Source of the DNA: Deltaproteobacteria bacterium
GTDB lineage: Bacteria > CG2-30-53-67
Assembly (NCBI GenBank): GCA_013151235.1
Contig: JAADIO010000062.1
Coordinates: 1 to 37,178, forward strand
DNA length: 37,178 bases
Reading direction: 5' to 3'
Part shown: in pieces, positions 29,900 through 37,178 of the stretch
Numbering within the stretch: the stretch's first letter is position 1
Layout: every line of letters starts with the position of its first letter
Made by a program: the position numbers and the translations under genes
The notes under the pieces: model-generated
Database searches by the model: none
Seen by the model: only the letters and a program-made list of their open reading frames with translations
Told to the model about the DNA's origin: nothing

Positions 29900-31138
29900 C
29901 TATTCGCCCGCATGATCATTACGGCTCGGGACCAGTCGGACAAACCGCTTCTTCCCCACCTTGATAATGTGTGACTTCTCCGGAATGGACAGTTTGTAGT
30001 CCAGGTCGGAGATCTTCTCGCCGTTCACCTGCACCGCCCCCTGCCGGATCAACCGGCGTCCCTCACTGCCGCTTTTGACCAATCCGGTCGCAGTGAGTGT
30101 CTTGACGATCCAGATCGGCCCTTCCCCCCAGTCGAGTTCAACGACAGGAAGATCCTTCGGGAGTTTCCGGTCCCGGAAGACATGCTCGAATTGATCCCGG
30201 GCCTGATGGGCCTCTTCCGCTGAATGGTATTGCCGGACGATCTCCTCCCCCAGCCGCTTCTTGGCTTCCATGGGATGGAGCATTCCCTCTCCCACCTCCA
30301 CACGAAGTCGAGCAATCTCGCCCAAAGACAGGTCGCTGAGAAGTTCATAGTAACGCCACATCAGGTCGTCCGGAATCGACATGATCTTTCCGAACATGTC
30401 GCCGGGGGGGTCCTCAATGCCGATATAATTTCCCAGGCTTTTACTCATCTTCCTGACCCCGTCCAGCCCCTCTAAAAGCGGCATGGTGAGAACAACCTGC
30501 TGCGGCTGCTCCCACTCCTTCTGCAATTCCCGGCCGACCAGAAGATTGAATTTCTGATCGGTGCCGCCGATTTCGATGTCGGCCTTGAGCATCACCGAGT
30601 CGTAGCCCTGAATCAGGGGGTAGAGAAACTCATGGATGCTGATCGGCTGGTTGGCCCGGTAGCGTTTCTGGAAGTCGTCCCGTTCCAGCATCCGTGCCAC
30701 GGTCATCTTGCCGGCCAGGCGGATCAGTTCATCGGCCTTGAGGGCCGACATCCAGGCGCTGTTGAAGACGATCTCCGTCCGCCCGGGGTCGAGGATCTTG
30801 AAGATCTGCGCCCGGTAGGTTTGGGCATTCGCCTCCACCTCCTCCAGCGTCAGGTGGGGACGGGTTGCGGACTTTCCCGTGGGGTCACCAATCATACCGG
30901 TAAAATCGCCGATCAGAAAAATCACAACATGGCCCAGTTCCTGAAAGTGCCGCAGCTTCCGGATCAGTACGGAATGACCCAGATGGAGATCGGGCGCCGT
31001 GGGATCAAAACCCGCTTTTACCCGCAACGGTTTCCCTGAACTCAGTGCCTGTTTCAGTTTCGTTTCGAGTTCTTCTTCGGGAAGGATCTCCACCACTCCC
31101 CGCCGGATCCATTCAAGCTGTTCTTCAATCGATTTCAA
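29900..31138 (-). CDS. tyrS: Tyrosine--tRNA ligase
   Basis: [27 protein letters not shown]-terminal S4 domain; likely TTG start at 31138 after AGGAGAGG. Confidence 0.97.
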   Translation of the reverse strand: MKSIEEQLEWIRRGVVEILPEEELETKLKQALSSGKPLRVKAGFDPTAPDLHLGHSVLIRKLRHFQELGHVVIFLIGDFTGMIGDPTGKSATRPHLTLEEVEANAQTYRAQIFKILDPGRTEIVFNSAWMSALKADELIRLAGKMTVARMLERDDFQKRYRANQPISIHEFLYPLIQGYDSVMLKADIEIGGTDQKFNLLVGRELQKEWEQPQQVVLTMPLLEGLDGVRKMSKSLGNYIGIEDPPGDMFGKIMSIPDDLMWRYYELLSDLSLGEIARLRVEVGEGMLHPMEAKKRLGEEIVRQYHSAEEAHQARDQFEHVFRDRKLPKDLPVVELDWGEGPIWIVKTLTATGLVKSGSEGRRLIRQGAVQVNGEKISDLDYKLSIPEKSHIIKVGKKRFVRLVPSRNDHAGE

Positions 31139-31238
31139 AAACCTCTCCTTTTCAGCCCGGACACTCCCTGCCGGCATCTTCTTACCGTTCGAATCATCGT
31201 GCAAGGGGGATCGAGAAACACAAACCGGGGACATTTGT

Positions 31239-33416
31239 TCAGCTACTCAAACTTTTGGAACCTTCGACCCCTTTGATGCGCTCTACATGTTTGACGGTCT
31301 TGTTCTTCCGGATGGACGCAAGGATCTCGTCCAGTTGGGTCCGGTCGTAAACCTCTATCTCAAATTGACACAAGGCGGTTTTGTTACTGCCGGTGACCAC
31401 CTGCGTCCTCCCGATATTGCCCCCCTGTGCAGTAATGGCGCTGCAGATATCGGCCAGGACACCGGGCTGGTCCGAGGCCTCCACACGGACCTTGACCGGA
31501 CGCGGGATCTTCGCATCGGCATCCCACTGCACTTCAATCCTCCGTTCCGGATTTACATCAAGTTCCTGTACCAGGGGGCAGTCGATCTCATGGACGGACA
31601 CTCCCCTTTTGTCTCCGATAAAGGCGATAATCCGGTCTCCCGGAACGGGATTGCAGCAGGAGGCCAGATGAATGAAAGCATCCTCCATGCCGGTCACCTT
31701 AATGCCGGGGACGGAAAGATCATAGGGTTCCTTTTTCCGGAGTTTCACTTCTTTCTTCTTCAGCCGTTTGAACTCCCGCGCCGGCAAAAACTTCTCCACC
31801 ACCTGCAGGACGGAGATCTTACCATATCCCAGGTTTTCGAGGAGCTTCTCCCGGTCATGGAAACCGAGCTTCTGAATCATCTCCCCGAAACGCTCATCAT
31901 TCTCTATCAGGGCAGGATCAATCTGAAATTTTTTAAAGGAATCCAGCAGCAGGGCTTGGCCGAACTCGATACTCCGTTCCCGCTCCCGTCCTCGTACCCA
32001 GTCCTTGATCCGCGCCCGCGCCTTGGGGGTCCTGGCAAAACGGAGCCATTCCCGCTGCGGAACCTGATCCTCGGACGTCAGGATCTCAATGGTATCCCCA
32101 TTCGAAAGAGAATAATCCAGAGCGACATCACGACCATTGACTCGTGACCCGACGGCATGCTTCCCGATCTCCGTATGGATATTAAAGGCAAAATCGATCG
32201 GCGTTGATCCTTTCAGAAGCTCCCGCACTTCCCCCTGAGGGGTAAAGGTATAAATGACATCGGGAAAGAGATCCTCCTTGACGGAGATCATAAATTCCCG
32301 CGAGTCGAGCAGTTCCTTCTGCCATTGCAGCAGCCGTTTCAACCAGAAGAATCGCTCCGCCTTCTGCTCCAGAGACTCCTTGGGGCTCTGCTTGTATTTC
32401 CACTGTGTCGTAATCCCCCGCTCAGCACGACGCTGCATTGAACGGGTCAGGATCTGAAATTTCACGGGATGTCCTTTGTGGCCCATGACCAGGGTGTGAA
32501 GAGATTGATACTGGTTGGTCTTCGGAACCCCGATATAATCCTGGAATTTCCCCGGAACGGGTTTCCAAAGATTGTGAATCACCCCCAACAGGGTATAGCA
32601 GTCAATGGTCTTGTCCACAAAAATACGCAAGCGGATAATATTATAGATCCGTTCAAAAGGGATTTTGTGTGTTCTCATCTTCGTGTAGATCCCGTAGATA
32701 CTGCTGTGCCGTCCCTCCACTTCGGCCTTCAGATGGAACTCTTTCAACTGGTCCTGGAGCAGAAGAGCAATCTCCAGGGCATAGATATCCAGTTCTTTCA
32801 TTTGTGCAGGGAGCTGTGCTGCAATCTGCCGGTAGATTTCGGGATGAAGAATTTTCAGACAGAGATCCTCCAGCTCCCGCTGGAGGACCCAGATTCCGAG
32901 TCGGTGCGCAATCGGCACATAGATATCGAGGGTTTCCCGGGCAATCCGAAGCTGCTTGGTGCGGGAAAGATACTCCAACGTCCGCATGTTGTGGAGCCGA
33001 TCGGAAAGCTTGATCAGAATCACCCGGATGTCGTTGACCATGGCCAGGATCATCTTCCGAAAATTCTCCGCCTGACGCTCCTCCCGGGTCTTGTATTCCA
33101 TCTTGCTGATCTTGGTCATGCCGTCCACCAGGGCGGCAACCTCTTCTCCGAAATATTCCTCGATTTCCTCCAGAGTCGCATAGGTATCTTCCACCGTATC
33201 ATGGAGCAGGGCCGCCACGATCGACGGGACATCGACCTCCAGATCAGCCATGATCCCGGCCACTTCGAGGGGATGAGTCAGATAGGGCTCCCCGGACATG
33301 CGGACCTGTCCTTGATGGACCTTGGCGGAATAGATATAGCCCCTGCGGAGCATGGTCAAGTCGGCCTTGGCGTTGTAACGCTGCACTTTTTCAATGATGT
33401 CTTCAAAACGCAGCAT
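31239..33416 (-). CDS. Long RelA/SpoT homologue (HD-SYNTH-TGS-ZFD-ACT) with a degenerate synthetase site
   Basis: Intact hydrolase motifs [16 protein letters not shown] and [10 protein letters not shown] ([14 protein letters not shown]), CCNPVPGD and ACT present; SYNTH motifs altered. Confidence 0.93.
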   Translation of the reverse strand: MLRFEDIIEKVQRYNAKADLTMLRRGYIYSAKVHQGQVRMSGEPYLTHPLEVAGIMADLEVDVPSIVAALLHDTVEDTYATLEEIEEYFGEEVAALVDGMTKISKMEYKTREERQAENFRKMILAMVNDIRVILIKLSDRLHNMRTLEYLSRTKQLRIARETLDIYVPIAHRLGIWVLQRELEDLCLKILHPEIYRQIAAQLPAQMKELDIYALEIALLLQDQLKEFHLKAEVEGRHSSIYGIYTKMRTHKIPFERIYNIIRLRIFVDKTIDCYTLLGVIHNLWKPVPGKFQDYIGVPKTNQYQSLHTLVMGHKGHPVKFQILTRSMQRRAERGITTQWKYKQSPKESLEQKAERFFWLKRLLQWQKELLDSREFMISVKEDLFPDVIYTFTPQGEVRELLKGSTPIDFAFNIHTEIGKHAVGSRVNGRDVALDYSLSNGDTIEILTSEDQVPQREWLRFARTPKARARIKDWVRGRERERSIEFGQALLLDSFKKFQIDPALIENDERFGEMIQKLGFHDREKLLENLGYGKISVLQVVEKFLPAREFKRLKKKEVKLRKKEPYDLSVPGIKVTGMEDAFIHLASCCNPVPGDRIIAFIGDKRGVSVHEIDCPLVQELDVNPERRIEVQWDADAKIPRPVKVRVEASDQPGVLADICSAITAQGGNIGRTQVVTGSNKTALCQFEIEVYDRTQLDEILASIRKNKTVKHVERIKGVEGSKSLSS

Positions 33417-33442
33417 AGAGGAAGCCCTTCATGAACGAAAGA

Positions 33443-34231
33443 TCAACCCTTACAGGAGCAGGTACTGTCGGTACACGAGACCGGAGATTCCGGTCGCCCG
33501 TGCCCATCGAAAACTTCGAGCGAAAAACCCTGCTCCGGACGATAACGGAGGAAGGAATCGTTCTCCACCCAATCTCCCACGTTAAAATAGTAGCAGGTCC
33601 GATCCTGAAGTACAAAGGTTTTCCGGCAGGGAAGATGACTGTGCCCCAAGATCACAACATCGGCCCCCCGGGAAAACTGTTTCAGAGCGAACCCTTCTTC
33701 GGCCCCCCCCTTTTCTTTTCCCGAGAAGGTCGGTCGGTGCATCCATTTGTGGCGGCTGAGAAAGGCTTTCAATTTTTCCGCTCGGGCCGGACCGAGCATC
33801 CGGATAAAGGCATAGACACAACGGTTCTTCAGCAACCTCCGAAAAAGTCGATACCCGACATCGCCCGGATTCACGCCGTCACCATGGGAAAGAAAGACCT
33901 TCTTCCCCGCCAATTCCAGGAGATGGGATCGGGGATAAACCTCACAACCGAGGTCATCCTTGAAGTAGGATCCCATGAAGAAATCATGATTTCCCTCCAG
34001 GTAGATCAAGCGTACTCCCTGCCGGGAAAGTGAACGGAGCGTATCGCAGATCGGACGATAGGCCGGATTGATATAACCGGGGAATCCGAACCAGAATTCA
34101 AAGAGGTCACCGAGAATGACCAGGCAGAAGAGTTCACTCCGGTTCCGTTCCAGAAAATCGATCAACCGTTCCTGGCGGGAAGAATCGCTTTCCGACAAAT
34201 GGGCATCAGAAATAAAGAGCCAATCTTTCAT
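33443..34231 (-). CDS. lpxH: UDP-2,3-diacylglucosamine diphosphatase (LpxH-like metallophosphoesterase)
   Basis: FISDAHL, LGDLFEFW, GNHD, SHGD, GHSH, GDW; start set at ATG 34231. Confidence 0.85.
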   Translation of the reverse strand: MKDWLFISDAHLSESDSSRQERLIDFLERNRSELFCLVILGDLFEFWFGFPGYINPAYRPICDTLRSLSRQGVRLIYLEGNHDFFMGSYFKDDLGCEVYPRSHLLELAGKKVFLSHGDGVNPGDVGYRLFRRLLKNRCVYAFIRMLGPARAEKLKAFLSRHKWMHRPTFSGKEKGGAEEGFALKQFSRGADVVILGHSHLPCRKTFVLQDRTCYYFNVGDWVENDSFLRYRPEQGFSLEVFDGHGRPESPVSCTDSTCSCKG

Positions 34232-34424
34232 GGGCAGGCTGCCTCCCAGGGGAACGATTCCGCGCCTCCGGCACGGTGCATCATCCAAATTGAAGACTGT
34301 TTCTACTATACCTGAGACAGGGATCGAAGACAAGAATTTGAAATCGCACATTCAGCAGGCGGTAAAGCAATCCGAATCAAGAATGAGAAAAAGTTTCATA
34401 CACTCTGCGGCCTCCAGAATGCCG

Positions 34425-34453
34425 TTGACACATTTCACGGGATCTTTTATAGT
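34425..34453 (+). promoter_or_regulatory. sigma70-like promoter of the TPR lipoprotein gene
   Basis: TTGACA-N17-TATAGT. Confidence 0.6.
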
Positions 34454-34503
34454 GAATTAACCCCTTAGAATTGCTCTTCATCCTGTTGAAAGGTTTCCCG
34501 GAT

Positions 34504-36693
34504 ATGACGGATCAACGAAAACATCGGCGCATCCTCATCCTCTGTTGCGGGATTCTTCTGCTCATTCTTTCGGGTTGTGAAAACCGGGCGGACAAGATCA
34601 CCCGGCACCGGGAGAAAGGGATCTCCTATCTTCAGAAGGGAGAAACAAAAGGTGCCCTGATAGAATTCGAAGACCTCGTGGAACTATCGCCGAAAAACGG
34701 CGAAGCACACTTTCTTCTGGGAAAAGTCTACAGCCGCATGGGGGATTATCATTCCGCCTTCGATGAATATGAAGAAGCGGCCAAGACCGGATGGGAGAGC
34801 TACGATCTCCACCTCCGGATGGCGGAGGCAAGCCAATTTCTTGGAAAGACCGAACGGGCCGAAAAAGAGATCAAGCTTTGCCTTCAGAAGCGCCGGGACA
34901 ACCCTCTTCCCCATGTTCTGCTCGGCAGGATGGATGCACAAGCCAAGAAGCCCGGCAAGGCCCATCAACAGTTTCAACAGGCCCTGACCCTCGACGCCAA
35001 CTTTCAACCCGCACTCCTCGGAGAGGGCATCCTGTATCTCCAGGAAGGCGAGAATGAGAAAGCACTTCCATTTTTCAAACAGGCACGTCGGAACCAACCG
35101 GATGATATTCGCCCCCTGATGGGCCTGGGAGATCTTTTTGTCCGGGAGGGAAAAACCAATCAGGCGTTGAAGGCCCTGGAAACAGCACGTTCCATCAACC
35201 CCGACCTTCTTTCCATTCATCTCAAACTCGGCACACTTTACCTGAAACAGAGGAAATATGATGAGGCCATATCGGAAGGAAAAGAAGGTCTGCGGATTTC
35301 CCCCGACTCCCTCAAACCGCGTTTCCTCCTGGGGGCCGGCTACTTCGGGCGAAAAGAATTCGATTCGGCGAAAAAGGAGATCCTCCTGTTCATACAAAGC
35401 AATCCGAAGACCCCCCTTCCCTACCTGATGCTGTCGGAGATCTATCTGCAAAAGCACAAACTGCAACAGGCCCTTACCTATGCGCAGAAAACCCTGGAAT
35501 ACAGCCCGGATCATCCCGACGCCCATCTGATCGCCGGGATCTGTTCGCTCTCTCAGAATTGGATCGGGGATGCCGTCAAGCATTTCAAGGCAGTCATCAA
35601 AACCAATCCCAAAAACATCCAGGCGCTGAATCTGCTGGCCATCAGCTATCTCAAGGGCGGACAGCCGGATGAGGCCCTTGTCACCTTCCGGAAAGCCCTG
35701 ACATTGGCCCCGGATTCCGTACAAACCCATGAAAATTTTGCCGGTTATTACGGTTCCGTCGGCAACCTCGACCGAGCGATTGAGGAACTGCAAAAAAGCC
35801 GGGAGCTGGCACCGGGCAGGATCACCTCAACAATCCGGCTGATCCTCACCTATCTCAAAAAAAGAGATTATGCAAAAGCGGTTCTGCTCGGAGAAAAGGC
35901 ACTGAACAAATATGGGGACAATGCCGTCCTCTTCAACCTCACGGGCCTTGCCTATGAGAAGAAGAAAAACACGGAGAAGGCCCTCGAATATTTTGACAAG
36001 GCCATCCAACAAAAACAAGATTTTCTTGATCCCTACTTGAACAAATCCAACCTGCTCAGGAGGTTGAATCGTCTCGATGAGGCACTACAGTGTTGTTCCC
36101 AGGCAACCGTGAAGATCCCCGACAATCCCATGCCCCATCTATGCGCAGCAGAACTGCACAGATCCATGAATCAACCGGACCAAGCCATTGCCGAGTATAC
36201 GCAGGTACTGTCGATGAATGCAGCTCTTTCCGGCACACGTTCCCGGCTGGCATCGCTCTACCTGCAACGGCATAACTTGACTGCCGCCGCCGGGGAATTT
36301 CGCCGGGTCCTTGTCAAGACGCCGGATGATGCTTCGGTTCTGAACAATCTTGCCTGGATCTATGCCGAACAAAACAAAAAGCTTCCGGAAGCACTGGAGA
36401 TGGCGAAAAAGGCGGCCCGGGAAAAAACGGATCAAGCAAGCATTCAGGACACCCTGGGCTGGGTCCTGTACAGGAGCGGAAAGTACCCTGAAGCGGCAGG
36501 AGCACTCAAAAAGGCCCTGTCTCTACTACCGGATGAACCGGAGATTCATTATCACCTGGGAATCCTCTACCTCAAAACCGGCAACAAACGAAAAGGACTG
36601 AAGGAGCTGAGGCAGTCGCTTGCGATCAGGAAGGATTTCTACAATGCTTCGGATGCCGCAGCAATCCTGAAGGAAGGATCTCTCCCTCAATAA
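34504..36693 (+). CDS. Tetratricopeptide-repeat lipoprotein (PrsT-like)
   Basis: Lipobox LSGC after a hydrophobic stretch; many TPRs; C-terminal LNNLAW...DTLGWVLY...YHLG. Confidence 0.85.
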   Translation: MTDQRKHRRILILCCGILLLILSGCENRADKITRHREKGISYLQKGETKGALIEFEDLVELSPKNGEAHFLLGKVYSRMGDYHSAFDEYEEAAKTGWESYDLHLRMAEASQFLGKTERAEKEIKLCLQKRRDNPLPHVLLGRMDAQAKKPGKAHQQFQQALTLDANFQPALLGEGILYLQEGENEKALPFFKQARRNQPDDIRPLMGLGDLFVREGKTNQALKALETARSINPDLLSIHLKLGTLYLKQRKYDEAISEGKEGLRISPDSLKPRFLLGAGYFGRKEFDSAKKEILLFIQSNPKTPLPYLMLSEIYLQKHKLQQALTYAQKTLEYSPDHPDAHLIAGICSLSQNWIGDAVKHFKAVIKTNPKNIQALNLLAISYLKGGQPDEALVTFRKALTLAPDSVQTHENFAGYYGSVGNLDRAIEELQKSRELAPGRITSTIRLILTYLKKRDYAKAVLLGEKALNKYGDNAVLFNLTGLAYEKKKNTEKALEYFDKAIQQKQDFLDPYLNKSNLLRRLNRLDEALQCCSQATVKIPDNPMPHLCAAELHRSMNQPDQAIAEYTQVLSMNAALSGTRSRLASLYLQRHNLTAAAGEFRRVLVKTPDDASVLNNLAWIYAEQNKKLPEALEMAKKAAREKTDQASIQDTLGWVLYRSGKYPEAAGALKKALSLLPDEPEIHYHLGILYLKTGNKRKGLKELRQSLAIRKDFYNASDAAAILKEGSLPQ

Positions 36694-36749
36694 TCAATCC
36701 CCCCTTCGCAATCATCCCCGCTTTTGCCGGGTAACTGCCTCCGGTGAAC

Positions 36750-36789
36750 AAAAAAAGGGGTCCCGACAACCGGGACCCCTTGCTTTTTT
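36750..36789. terminator. Probably bidirectional intrinsic terminator
   Basis: A-run, GGGTCCCG/CGGGACCC stem, T-run; between the convergent TPR gene and tRNA. Confidence 0.75.
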
Positions 36790-36791
36790 CT

Positions 36792-36868
<77 letters not shown>

Positions 36869-36889
36869 CCGTTTTGTATTAAGTTGGCT

Positions 36890-36918
36890 ATCATAGAAGA
36901 CATCCATGAGAATGTCAA
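36890..36918 (-). promoter_or_regulatory. sigma70 promoter of tRNA-fMet
   Basis: TTGACA-N17-TATGAT. Confidence 0.75.
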
Positions 36919-37054
36919 GGAAATTTTCTTTCCCTAAATCAGCGATAGGAGTTTCACCCGGGGAAAAAACCCTCTTGGTTTCAAGGTTTATGGTGAGTTA
37001 ACGACACACCTGTAAGATGAAACAAAAGAAACAAGAAGGGGGATCCTCACACCT

Positions 37055-37178
37055 GACTCCCCCAGAGGGGGAGCATCCCCCTGTCACGCAGCCGAGCATC
37101 GCAGCAGGAGAGGGGAAAAGGGCGAGATCGTGTCGCGCCTTCGGCGCGACCATGCGGAGCATGTTATCGAGCCCCCCT
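37055..37178. repeat. Possible start of a structured non-coding repeat/MITE (runs off window)
   Basis: GC-rich hairpins CTCCCCC-aga-GGGGGAG and GTCGCGCC-ttc-GGCGCGAC; no ORF in the track. Confidence 0.3.

Overview
Bacterial chromosomal window from a GC-rich organism; the 16S rRNA and gene content suggest a deltaproteobacterium-like lineage. The left end is the 5' part of a type I-B CRISPR-Cas operon on the minus strand: WYL regulator, Tat-like/HIRAN protein, cas6, then an AT-rich cas8b1/cst1 that runs off the window. No CRISPR array is visible here. A palindromic site with PafBC-like activator geometry sits directly upstream of HIRAN-cas6-cas8. Next come accessory genes: DUF6982-like protein, SAM methyltransferase, an NTase-TPM-LemA-AIM24 operon, macrodomain, Smr, pabB/trpE-like, azoR, a Phd-RelE toxin-antitoxin pair, a B12 radical SAM enzyme and an exported protein. 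Housekeeping genes follow: def-fmt-DUF116-htpX-rsmB, pepA-folB-folK-deoxynucleoside kinase, a full rrn operon (16S-Ile-Ala-23S-5S), tyrS, a long RelA/SpoT homologue, lpxH, a TPR lipoprotein and tRNA-fMet. The most notable items are the probable ssDNA-inducible WYL/HIRAN control module for CRISPR-Cas, an RSH enzyme with an apparently dead synthetase site, a duplicated tRNA-like unit in the rRNA ITS, and several REP/MITE families. All family calls come from motif recognition by eye, not from database searches.
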